Shown piece by piece: positions 35,901 to 44,197 of a stretch of 64,000 nt of DNA. Under the pieces are notes generated by a model that made no database searches, was not told where the DNA came from, and saw only the letters and a list, made by a program, of their open reading frames with translations. The stretch comes from Acidimicrobiia bacterium (GTDB taxonomy: Bacteria; Actinomycetota; Acidimicrobiia; UBA2766), in the NCBI GenBank assembly GCA_046331095.1, contig JAXLRM010000004.1:132316-196315 (forward strand). The letters are read 5' to 3'. The translations under genes and the position numbers were made by a program. Each line of letters opens with the position of its first letter. Position 1 is the stretch's first letter.

Positions 35901-37556
35901 GTGACCTCCAACGACACGGACCACCCGAGACGCGCGGTCGTCGTCGGCGCCGGGATCGGCGGCAGCGCGCTGACCCTGCTGCTCGCCCAGGCGGGCCTGC
36001 AGGTCACCCTGCTCGAGAAGAACCGCTTCCTCGGCGGCTCCTGCGCCGGCTACGACAAGCAGGGTTTCCAGATCGACTTCGGGACCCACATGTTCAGCCG
36101 CGGCCCGCGGGGGCCCCTGGGTGAGGTGCTGCGCCGCGCCGGTGAGCCGCGTGCGGTCGAGTTCCTGCGCACCCACGACATCGCCGAGGTCCGCTTCCAG
36201 GCACCGGGCGATCCGACCGAGATCAGGTCGATCCCGCTGCCGTCCCAGCTCCACCGCTTCCCGCTCCTCGGCGCCCGCATGGTCGCGGCCATGGGGCTGA
36301 ACCCGATCGAGGCCGCACAGGTCGGCCTCATGCTCACGCGTCTGCTGACCATCAGCGAACGGGCAGCCGATGCTTGGAACCACCGCACGATCGAGGAGTT
36401 CGTCGCCCGGTTCACGCGCAACCCGCGCATCGCCGCCGCGCTCGGCTTCCTCCTCGGCCTCTACTTCGTGATCCCCCCGTGGGAGGTGTCGGCCGGAGAG
36501 GCGATGTACTGCTTCAAGCGGATGATGCGCGACAACTGGCTCAGCTACCCGCGCGGGGGCGCCAAGGCGATCCCGACCACGTACTGCCGCCTCGCCGAGG
36601 GTCACGGCGCCGAGGTCCGCACCGGGGTGGCGGTGCGCCGCATCGTGATCGAGGACGGCTGCGCCCGCGGCGTCGAGCTCGACGACGGGTCCCGCCTCGA
36701 CGCCGACCTCGTGATCTCGACCTCGAGCGTGCGCTCGACGGCGCTGCACCTCTGCGACCCCGCGCGGCTCCCCGCCGACTACGTCGAGAGCGCCGGCCGT
36801 ATCAAGGGCTCCCAGATCGCGATCCAGGCGAAGATCGCACTCGACGCCGAGCTCGTCGACGCCGGCTGCCTGATGGGCGCGCTCGGCGACGGCATCGACC
36901 TGATGAACCTCGACGGCGAGACCACGCGGACCATGTTCGGCCAGCTCGTCGGCGGCCGCGTCCCCGACGTGGTGCCGTTCTACTGCCCGGTCCCGACGAA
37001 CTTCGACGCGTCGCTCGCACCGCCGGGGCACCAACTCCTGACCGTCTGCGTCGCCGCGCCGACAAGCGACGTCTCCGAGCGCGACCCCGCCACGGACTGG
37101 GACGAAGCGTTGATGCGGACGATGCGCACGATCGTCCCCGGCCTCGACGACCACATCCTGTTCGTGGACCACATGAGCGTCCCGTGGGTCGAACGCTGGA
37201 TCGGCAAGGAGTTCGGCCCCGCGATCTCCACCGCTCAGAGGCCGGACCAGGTCGGCGAGCTCAGGCCGAGCGTCACCACCCCGGTCGAGGGCCTCTACCT
37301 CGCCGGCTGCGGCGCCGGCGGCCGCGGCGTCGGAACCGAACTCGCAGCCGACAGCGCGATGGAGTGCGCCGAGACGATCCTCGACGACCTCGGGCGCGCT
37401 CGTCCGCAGCGGTGGGACACCCCACGGCACCGGGTCACCGGCTTTCCCCGCGTCATCCGCCACGCCCTGTTGCCGACCCCGGTGGTCGACCGCTCTGCGG
37501 CGCCGGCCCCCGAGACCCAAGCCAGACCCAAGGCGGAGGCGCCCTTGGGCTGCTGA
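35901..37556 (+). CDS. NAD(P)/FAD-dependent oxidoreductase, CrtI-related family, copy 3
   Basis: 551 aa. AVVVGAGIGGSALTLLLAQAGLQVTLLEKNRFLGG is the dinucleotide-binding motif. It has a GTG start with GAGGAG upstream. Confidence 0.8.
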   Translation: MTSNDTDHPRRAVVVGAGIGGSALTLLLAQAGLQVTLLEKNRFLGGSCAGYDKQGFQIDFGTHMFSRGPRGPLGEVLRRAGEPRAVEFLRTHDIAEVRFQAPGDPTEIRSIPLPSQLHRFPLLGARMVAAMGLNPIEAAQVGLMLTRLLTISERAADAWNHRTIEEFVARFTRNPRIAAALGFLLGLYFVIPPWEVSAGEAMYCFKRMMRDNWLSYPRGGAKAIPTTYCRLAEGHGAEVRTGVAVRRIVIEDGCARGVELDDGSRLDADLVISTSSVRSTALHLCDPARLPADYVESAGRIKGSQIAIQAKIALDAELVDAGCLMGALGDGIDLMNLDGETTRTMFGQLVGGRVPDVVPFYCPVPTNFDASLAPPGHQLLTVCVAAPTSDVSERDPATDWDEALMRTMRTIVPGLDDHILFVDHMSVPWVERWIGKEFGPAISTAQRPDQVGELRPSVTTPVEGLYLAGCGAGGRGVGTELAADSAMECAETILDDLGRARPQRWDTPRHRVTGFPRVIRHALLPTPVVDRSAAPAPETQARPKAEAPLGC

Positions 37557-37628
37557 CTCCCGCGCACGGGCGCACAGGACCCTACGCACCATCGCGGGTA
37601 GCCTCGGCGCAGCCTCGCTGGGAGGACC

Positions 37629-38837
37629 ATGGACGGCGGACGTGTACTCGCGTGGTCGCTGGCGCTCGTCGTGTCGGCGGCGCTCGTGGCCGCATGTCGT
37701 GGCGGTGGAAGTGACCAGCCGCCCCAGGCCAGCGCGACGCCTTCGGATGCGGGCTCGGGTGCCGGACCGGGGCGGCAGTTCGAGCACCCGCAGGGCGTCG
37801 CCCTCCGGGCCCCTTCCTTCGGCGGTGACGGGCTCTTCCCGCCGTTCGCGGACGGTACCGGTTCGGGCGCCTACGGCCAGGGCGCGTACACGCTCACGGC
37901 GCGGTCTCCGTATTCGACGAGCGACGTCGGATTCGGCCGCGAGGACCTGGGCCCGTCGTCACACGTCGTGGCCGAGATCGACTCGGGCGCGAGCCGGTCC
38001 GACACCGGATTCGGCATCGTCTGCAGGCTCCACGACGACGGTGCGAGCTACTACCGCTTCGGCGTCGGCAACGACGGGACGTACTCGATCGCCAAGGTCG
38101 TGGCCAACGAGGACACGATCCTCACCGGAGGTGGCGAGTGGGTGCGCAGCAGTGGCATCGATCCGAACTCGCGCACCTGGCAGGTCGGCGCAGACTGCGA
38201 CGGCGAGGTGCTCACCCTGCGTGTCAACGGAGCGGTCGTCGACCAGGTGCAGGACGACGCGTTCGACGCCGGGCAGGTCGGTGTGTTCGTCGAGACGTTC
38301 GACGAGCCGAACGCGTCGATAGCGGTGAGGTCGTTCAGCGCGGTCGGCTACCCCGATGCGCGTGCGGTGGGGGCAGCGGCCCGTGCGGTGTGGGAGAAAT
38401 GGGTGGCGGACCTGCCGCCTGAGACCACACGTTGCGAGCTCGGCGACGCGGCGGCAACGGACACTCGACCCACGCCGATCTTCGCGGCCAATTGCGACGG
38501 CGTCCTCTACCTGCAAGTCGAGAAGGCCACGGAGACAGAGGGCGTGTTCGACCATCTCGTCAAGGCGTTCGGGGTGACGCTCGCCTCCGTCGGTGACGAC
38601 CGCCCGGATTGCCGCGTGCAGTCCGACGTGATCGGCAACAACTTCGGGAAGGTGGGCAAGAACGACGTCCTCCCCGGCGGGCTCGCCTGCATCGACGACG
38701 GTGATTCGATCGTGGTCGTGTGGCACGACGACACCGGCCTCGTCGGGGTATTGCGCACGAGAGCGGACGACCCGGAGTTCGTGCGCGGCTGGGCCAAGGA
38801 CTGGTGGCCGTTCCGCGTTCGTCCGGCGCAGCTGTAG
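37629..38837 (+). CDS. Hypothetical lipoprotein
   Basis: 402 aa. The signal peptide carries the lipobox LVAAC. GGAGGA is the SD. GFGIVCRLHDDGASYYRFGVGNDGTYSIAKV suggests a jelly-roll/lectin-like domain. Confidence 0.6.
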   Translation: MDGGRVLAWSLALVVSAALVAACRGGGSDQPPQASATPSDAGSGAGPGRQFEHPQGVALRAPSFGGDGLFPPFADGTGSGAYGQGAYTLTARSPYSTSDVGFGREDLGPSSHVVAEIDSGASRSDTGFGIVCRLHDDGASYYRFGVGNDGTYSIAKVVANEDTILTGGGEWVRSSGIDPNSRTWQVGADCDGEVLTLRVNGAVVDQVQDDAFDAGQVGVFVETFDEPNASIAVRSFSAVGYPDARAVGAAARAVWEKWVADLPPETTRCELGDAAATDTRPTPIFAANCDGVLYLQVEKATETEGVFDHLVKAFGVTLASVGDDRPDCRVQSDVIGNNFGKVGKNDVLPGGLACIDDGDSIVVVWHDDTGLVGVLRTRADDPEFVRGWAKDWWPFRVRPAQL

Positions 38838-38857
38838 GTCCCGCCGCCGACGTGGCC

Positions 38858-39736
38858 CTATCGCGACGGCGCGTCCGCGATCGAGGAGAACCGGGCAACG
38901 TCGAAGCTGAACAGCGCCGCTGTCTGGCTCGCGGTGGCGAGCAGGTCGCCGGCCTCGCTCCACACGTGCGCGACACCGTGGCCGTAGTCGCCCACGGCCA
39001 TGTGCGGCCGGAGGTCGATGAGGACCCACTCGGTCTCGACGAAGCTGCCGATGCGGATCGTGTTGTCGAGGCTCGTGCCGCCGACGAAGGCGCCCATGGC
39101 CGCCGCGATCGACATCGGCACCATGTCGGAGAGGAACGCCGCCAGCGCCGGTGTCACCGCCGCGCGGTCGCGACGGCGTGCCCACACGCACAGGCGTCCG
39201 ACGCCGGGGTCGGGATGGCGCAGGATCTCGGCGCCGCGCATCTCGACCGCTGTCGCGAAGCCCATCGGAGGCAGCTCCGGGACCGACTCCGGGGCGAACC
39301 CGGCCAAGCGAGCCATCCCGGTGAACGGGCTCGTCCAGACCTCGGAGTCCTCCGGGGCGCTCACCTCGGGAGGGTTCTCGAACACGCCCGTGATCCCGCC
39401 TTCCTTGTGGTTGCCGGTCGCCCCGAGGGAGGCGAAGACCACGTTGCCGTCGGTGTCGGTCCCGGTGACGCGCACCTGGCTGGTGCGTTTGCCGGCGGCG
39501 AGAACCTCGGCATGGGTGCACAGCTCGGTCCCGAGCATGGCGGTCGCCACGAACTGGGTCGTCATCCACAGCGGGGGACGGCCGGAGGTGATCTCCGCGG
39601 CCGCGACCGAGATGGCGATCGCGGCACCGCCGTAGAGGCGGCCGTCGAGGCGGGCGAGGCGGTCGTGGACCACGACGCCGAACCGGCCGGGGTCCTCTGT
39701 GGGGACGAGTCCGAGAAACTCCACGTCGCTGCGCAT
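38858..39736 (-). CDS. Acyl-CoA thioesterase (TesB-like, double hot-dog)
   Basis: 292 aa, starting at ATG 39736 within track ORF 38858..40333. LYGGAAIAISVAAAE is the N-terminal hot-dog motif and DNTIRIGSFVETEWVLIDLRPHMAVGDYGHGVAHVW belongs to the second hot-dog domain. Confidence 0.75.
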   Translation of the reverse strand: MRSDVEFLGLVPTEDPGRFGVVVHDRLARLDGRLYGGAAIAISVAAAEITSGRPPLWMTTQFVATAMLGTELCTHAEVLAAGKRTSQVRVTGTDTDGNVVFASLGATGNHKEGGITGVFENPPEVSAPEDSEVWTSPFTGMARLAGFAPESVPELPPMGFATAVEMRGAEILRHPDPGVGRLCVWARRRDRAAVTPALAAFLSDMVPMSIAAAMGAFVGGTSLDNTIRIGSFVETEWVLIDLRPHMAVGDYGHGVAHVWSEAGDLLATASQTAALFSFDVARFSSIADAPSR

Positions 39737-39825
39737 CGGGGGACGGTACCGGGACCTGCTGCCGGCGCCCCAACCTGGGCAGAGGTCGACGTGAGGCGCG
39801 GTGGCCTTCGGGTACATTCCTCGCC

Positions 39826-40266
39826 ATGATCGAAGGCGAATACGAACCGAGCCCGTGGGACTGGGTGCGCGACCAGGTCGCCGAGTACGAGGATTCCGGT
39901 GGCGAACGTGCCAACACCTTCCTCGACACCGGCCTGCCCATCGTGATCCTGACCACACGTGGCAACAGGACCGGCAAGGTCCGCAAGACCCCGCTGATGC
40001 GTGTCGAGCACGACGGCGAGTACGCGCTCGTGGCATCCGTGGGCGGTGCTCCGAAGAACCCGGTCTGGTACCACAACCTCGTAGCCGACCCGACAGCGGT
40101 GACGATCCAGGACGGCCCCGAGCCGTTCGAGGCCACCGTCCGCGAGCTCGACGGCGACGAGCGTGATCTGTGGTGGGGGCGCGCAGTGGAGGCCTACCCC
40201 CCTTACGAGGCCTATCAGCGCAACACCGAGCGGCGCATCCCCGTCTTCGTGGCCCGTCCGAACTAA
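39826..40266 (+). CDS. Deazaflavin (F420)-dependent nitroreductase-family oxidoreductase (DDN-like)
   Basis: 146 aa. LTTRGNRTGKVRKTPLMRVEHDGEYALVASVGGAPKNPVWYHNLVADP is the hallmark motif of the family. Confidence 0.85.
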   Translation: MIEGEYEPSPWDWVRDQVAEYEDSGGERANTFLDTGLPIVILTTRGNRTGKVRKTPLMRVEHDGEYALVASVGGAPKNPVWYHNLVADPTAVTIQDGPEPFEATVRELDGDERDLWWGRAVEAYPPYEAYQRNTERRIPVFVARPN

Positions 40267-40267
40267 C

Positions 40268-40488
40268 CAAACGCGGGCGGTTTGGCCCGCCAGCGGGCCA
40301 GGTTGCCCGCGTTTGGGACGTCCGAGCCGTCAAACGCGGGCGGTTTGGCCCGCCGGCGGACCAGGTTGCCCGCGTTTGGAGACGTGGGACGGGGTCGGGG
40401 GACTGGGGTCGGGGGACGGGGTCGGGGACTCCGAGCCGTCAAACGCGGGCGGTTTGGCCCGCCAGCGCGCCAGGTTGCCCGCGTTTGG
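40268..40488 (+). repeat. Array C of the 49-nt palindromic repeat (3 copies: 40268-40316, 40331-40379, 40440-40488), variant subfamily
   Basis: Consensus is CAAACGCGGGCGGTTTGGCCCGCCAGCGGGCCAGGTTGCCCGCGTTTGG. The termini match arrays A and B. The interior differs and forms an extra 8-bp stem (TGGCCCGC/GCGGGCCA). Confidence 0.9.
40386..40427 (+). other. G-quadruplex-prone tract between repeat copies C2 and C3
   Basis: GGGACGGGGTCGGGGGACTGGGGTCGGGGGACGGGGTCGGGG has seven G-runs of 3-5 separated by 2-3 nt. Confidence 0.6.
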
Positions 40489-40515
40489 CGGGGTCGGCGC
40501 TTAGGGTCGTGGGCC

Positions 40516-41679
40516 ATGGGTACGACGATGGACCACGACGAGTTCCTGCGCCGCTGCGAGTCCCTGGTGCCCGCACTCGCCATACAGGCCGAGGAGGCGG
40601 AGGAGCTGCGGCGCGTCCCCGAGGCGACGATCGACGCGGTCCGCGCCCTCGACCTGTTCCGGGTCGTCGTGCCGACCTCGCTGGGCGGACACGGCCTCGG
40701 CCTCGGCACGCTCGCGCAAGGGACGCGCATCCTCGCCCGCGGCTGTCCCGCCACGGCGTGGACGCTGTCGTTCCTGATGCTGCACGCGTGGCTGCTCGCC
40801 AAGTTCCCGCCCGAGGGCCGCGAGGAGCTCTTCGCGCACGACCCGGCACCGTTCGCGCCGGCTCCGCTCGCGCCGACGGGGAAGGCGACCGCTGTCGACG
40901 GCGGCTTCCTCGTCGACGGACGCTGGGAGTGGGCCACCGGCGTGGCACACGCGCAGTGGGTGATGGTGCACGCCGTCCAGGTCGAACCGGAGCTCACGAC
41001 CTGGTTCGTGGTGTTGCCGACCGACGCGGTCGAGGTCGACGACGTGTGGTTCACGGCGGGGATGCGCGCCACGGGCAGCAACGTCATCCGGGTCAGGGAC
41101 CGCTTCGTGCCCACCAGCCACGCGATCCCGGCGCGGTCCCTGCTCGACGGCACCGGCACCGTCGACGGCGACGGCCTCGCCGGGATCCCGCTCGCGGCGG
41201 TGCTCGCCCTCACCGCTGCAGCACCGGCACTCGGCGCCGCCGAGGCCGCCGTCGACCTCTACAGAGAGCGCCTCGTCGAGCGCGTGCTCGCGTACTCGAT
41301 GGGCGACAAGGCCGCCGAACAGCCCGCCGCGCAGATCCGCCTCGCGACGGCGACGAGCGACCTCGCCGCAGGCCGCGCCCGCTGGGAGGCCGCGATCCGC
41401 GACGTCGAGGCAGCGAGCACCGCAGGCACGATCGACCTCGAGCTGCGGGTGGGCACCCGCCTCGCCGCCGCGGCAACGGTGCGCTCCGCCCGCCAGGTGA
41501 TCTCGACCGTCTGCGACGGGGCCGGCGCGAGCGTCTACTTCTCGGACCACCCGCTGCAGCGGCTCCAACGCGACGTCGAGACCCTCAAGGGCCATGTCGT
41601 CTTCGACTGGGACCGCACCGCCGAGCTCGCCGGCCGCTTCGCCCTCGGCTTCCCACTGCGCCCCGTCGACATGGTCTGA
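40516..41679 (+). CDS. Acyl-CoA dehydrogenase-fold flavin-dependent monooxygenase (HsaA/HpaB-C2-like)
   Basis: 387 aa from ATG 40516 within track ORF 40282..41679. VDGGFLVDGRWEWATGVAHAQWVMV, WFTAGMRATGSNVIRV and HPLQRLQRDVETLKGHV are patterns of the group D flavin monooxygenase/ACAD fold. Confidence 0.7.
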   Translation: MGTTMDHDEFLRRCESLVPALAIQAEEAEELRRVPEATIDAVRALDLFRVVVPTSLGGHGLGLGTLAQGTRILARGCPATAWTLSFLMLHAWLLAKFPPEGREELFAHDPAPFAPAPLAPTGKATAVDGGFLVDGRWEWATGVAHAQWVMVHAVQVEPELTTWFVVLPTDAVEVDDVWFTAGMRATGSNVIRVRDRFVPTSHAIPARSLLDGTGTVDGDGLAGIPLAAVLALTAAAPALGAAEAAVDLYRERLVERVLAYSMGDKAAEQPAAQIRLATATSDLAAGRARWEAAIRDVEAASTAGTIDLELRVGTRLAAAATVRSARQVISTVCDGAGASVYFSDHPLQRLQRDVETLKGHVVFDWDRTAELAGRFALGFPLRPVDMV

Positions 41680-41751
41680 CGCCCGACACGCGGCCGCGAT
41701 GGCTCGCGGAGTGGGACACTGGGCGAACCCACAGCGGGAACGGGGGAGTCC

Positions 41752-42633
41752 GTGACCACCCACACGAAGTCGATGCCGGCCGTGTTCCTCGGCCACGGAT
41801 CGCCGATGAACGCCCTCGAGGTGAACCGATTCACGGACGCATGGCGAGCCTTCGGCGCCGGGATCCCGCGTCCACGTGCGGTCCTCGCGATCTCGGCGCA
41901 CTGGTACGTCAACGCGTCGGCGGTCACCGCCATGGCGCAGCCCCGCACGATCCACGACTTCTACGGCTTCCCCGACGAGCTCTTCGCGTTCGAGTACCCG
42001 GCGCCGGGGGATCCCGGGCTCGCAGCCGAGGTCGTCGATCTCGTCGAGCCGACCTGGATCGGCGTCGACACCGACAGCTGGGGACTCGACCACGGCACCT
42101 GGTCGGTGCTCGCACACGTGTTCCCCGACGCAGGCGTGCCCGTCGTGCAGCTCTCGATCAACGCCATGAAGCCGTTCGAGTACCACTTCGAGCTCGGGGC
42201 GAAGCTGGCGCCGCTGCGGGAGCGGGGCGTGCTCGTCGCATGCAGCGGGAACGTCGTCCACAACCTCGGCCGTCTCGACTGGGCCAACCCCGACTCGGCG
42301 TCGGACTGGGCGCAGCGCTTCGACGACGACATCACGGCGATCATGACCGACGATCCCGCCGGCCTCGTCGGGGCCGCCAGCCACCGCGACTACCGTCTCG
42401 CGGCGCCGACGCCGGACCACTTCCTGCCGCTCGTCTACCTGGCGGGCATGGCTGCCGCTGCCGGTGCCCGGACCGAGGTCCTCGCGGGGGGCTGCTCGAT
42501 GGGCTCCCTGTCGATGACGTCCTACACCCTCGGCTGGGACGGTGCCGGCGCTGCAGGCGGTCGCGGCGATCCCGGTGGTGCAGGTGCGGCCCCCGTCCTT
42601 CCCGACGTGCCCGCCGACGAGACCAACGTTTGA
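41752..42633 (+). CDS. ygiD: 4,5-DOPA dioxygenase extradiol-like (LigB-superfamily class III extradiol dioxygenase)
   Basis: MPAVFLGHGSPMNALE, ISAHW, TIHDFYGFPDELF..YPAPG, WGLDHGTWSVL, VVQLSI, SGNVVHNL, PTPDHFLPL and GSLSM are colinear with E. coli YgiD as I remember it. A Gly/Ala/Pro-rich C-terminal tail is extra. Confidence 0.8.
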   Translation: MTTHTKSMPAVFLGHGSPMNALEVNRFTDAWRAFGAGIPRPRAVLAISAHWYVNASAVTAMAQPRTIHDFYGFPDELFAFEYPAPGDPGLAAEVVDLVEPTWIGVDTDSWGLDHGTWSVLAHVFPDAGVPVVQLSINAMKPFEYHFELGAKLAPLRERGVLVACSGNVVHNLGRLDWANPDSASDWAQRFDDDITAIMTDDPAGLVGAASHRDYRLAAPTPDHFLPLVYLAGMAAAAGARTEVLAGGCSMGSLSMTSYTLGWDGAGAAGGRGDPGGAGAAPVLPDVPADETNV

Positions 42634-42676
42634 CTACCTCACCTCACGAAACACCACCGCGGATCGTCTACATCAC

Positions 42677-43165
42677 GTGAGCACGGAACCTTTCGAGAGG
42701 GTGGTGTCGGACCACGGCGCCACCGTCCTGCGCGTCTGCCGGGCGCTCCTGGCCCACCACGACGCCGACGACGCCTGGTCCGAGACGTTCCTGGCCGCGC
42801 TGCGGGCGTACCCGGAGCGGCCACCGGAGGTGAACGTGCGCGCCTGGCTCGTGACGATCGCGCATCGCAAGGCGATCGACCATGTCCGCAGGTCCCGCAG
42901 AGAGCCCGTTCCCACTGCCCGGGTGCCCGACGTCGAGGCGGACGGCGTCGCGGCCGAGCGTCTCGACGACGACCTGCGGCACGCGCTCGAGGCTCTCGGC
43001 CCCAAACAGCGCGGCGCGGTCGTGTTGCACTACGTCGCCGGACTCCGATACGCCGAGGTGGGCGTCGCCTTGGACTGCAGCGAGGCGGCGGCGCGGCGCA
43101 GCGCGGCCGACGGCATCGCCCGGCTGCGCGCGACCCTGGAAGCCGATCGAGAGGAACCCGGATGA
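42677..43165 (+). CDS. ECF-type sigma-70 family RNA polymerase sigma factor
   Basis: 162 aa from GTG 42677 within track ORF 42542..43165. Region 2 is DDAWSETFLAAL...RAWLVTIAHRKAIDHVRR. Region 4 is LGPKQRGAVVLHYVAGLRYAEVGVALDCSEAAARRSAADGIARLR. Confidence 0.75.
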   Translation: MSTEPFERVVSDHGATVLRVCRALLAHHDADDAWSETFLAALRAYPERPPEVNVRAWLVTIAHRKAIDHVRRSRREPVPTARVPDVEADGVAAERLDDDLRHALEALGPKQRGAVVLHYVAGLRYAEVGVALDCSEAAARRSAADGIARLRATLEADREEPG

Positions 43166-43794
43166 CTCGAGCCACGCCGAACGACCGGGCCTCGAGTGCC
43201 TCGCTCACGGTGGGTCTCGCTGCCGAGCCCACAGGAGCCGAGCTCGACGCCCTGCACACCCGTCTGGTGCGCGAAGCCGACGACGCCGGTCTCCTCGAGG
43301 TCGCGTACCGGGTGCTCGACTCGCCGATCGGTGCGCTGCTGGTCGCGGTCACCGACCGCGGACTCGTGCGTGTCGCGTTCGAGCTCGAGGACCACGACGC
43401 TGTGCTCGCCGACCTCGCGGGTTCCGTCGGTCCGCGGATCCTGAGGGCGATCCGTCGCACCGACGACGTGGCGCGCCAGCTCGACGAGTACTTCGCGGGG
43501 CGGCGGCGCAGCTTCGACCTCGCCGTCGACCTTCGCCTCGTGCGCGGCTTTCGGCGTGCTGTCGTCGAGCACCTGCGCAGGATCGGGTACGGCCGCACCG
43601 AGACCTACGCCGAGGTCGCCAGGGCAGTGGGTAACGCGCGCGCCGTGCGCGCCGCCGGCAGCGCGTGCGCGCACAACCCGGTACCGATCGTCGTGCCGTG
43701 CCACCGGGTCGTGCGCAGCGACGGCAGCATCGGCCGCTACCTGGGCGGCACCGAGGCCAAGGCCGCGCTGCTGGCACTGGAGGCCGCCGCGTGA
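43162..43794 (+). CDS. ogt: Methylated-DNA--protein-cysteine S-methyltransferase
   Basis: The active site is IVVPCHRVV. YGRTETYAEVA...AVGNARAVRAAGSACAHNP is also present. It has an ATGA overlap with the sigma factor gene. Confidence 0.85.
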   Translation: MTRATPNDRASSASLTVGLAAEPTGAELDALHTRLVREADDAGLLEVAYRVLDSPIGALLVAVTDRGLVRVAFELEDHDAVLADLAGSVGPRILRAIRRTDDVARQLDEYFAGRRRSFDLAVDLRLVRGFRRAVVEHLRRIGYGRTETYAEVARAVGNARAVRAAGSACAHNPVPIVVPCHRVVRSDGSIGRYLGGTEAKAALLALEAAA

Positions 43795-43851
43795 GGGCCT
43801 GACTTCGACGACGACCCGCGGCACGCGCGGCGGGGTTGCTCCCTCTACCCT

Positions 43852-44172
43852 GTGCGCATGTGCCTAATCGTCGTCATCGGCGCCTTCCTGCCCCGTCTCG
43901 CCCTCTTCCTCTGGTGGATCTTCGGGGACCGCTTGAGCCAGGTCTGGTCGAACTTCTGGCTCCCGTTCGCCGGGTTCCTGTTCCTGCCGTTCACGACGTT
44001 GTTCTATTCCCTCGCGTGGGCGCCGATCTACGTCGGCGCCAACGGCGTGCCGGCCCAGGGTGTGCACGGCTTCGGCTGGTTCCTCGTCGTGCTCGGCTTC
44101 CTGATCGACCTCAGCAACTGGTTCGGTGGCGACCGTGCACGGCGCCGCCGTGGCGAGGTGTCCCCGGCCTGA
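43852..44172 (+). CDS. Small hydrophobic membrane protein (3 predicted TM helices)
   Basis: 106 aa. It is Phe/Leu/Trp-rich with a basic C-terminal tail. I recognise no family. Confidence 0.5.
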   Translation: MRMCLIVVIGAFLPRLALFLWWIFGDRLSQVWSNFWLPFAGFLFLPFTTLFYSLAWAPIYVGANGVPAQGVHGFGWFLVVLGFLIDLSNWFGGDRARRRRGEVSPA

Positions 44173-44175
44173 CCC

Positions 44176-44197
44176 GACAGGAGTCACGTCTCCTGTC
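44176..44197. terminator. Hairpin between convergent genes (8-bp stem GACAGGAG/CTCCTGTC, 6-nt loop)
   Basis: It starts 4 nt after the TGA at 44170-44172 and overlaps the stop of the minus-strand hydratase gene. Confidence 0.4.

Noticed and set aside
34830-37787. 985-aa minus-strand ORF
   Set aside because: It is antisense to the epoxide hydrolase and CrtI-like genes, which have clear family motifs and Shine-Dalgarno sequences. I see no motifs in this frame.
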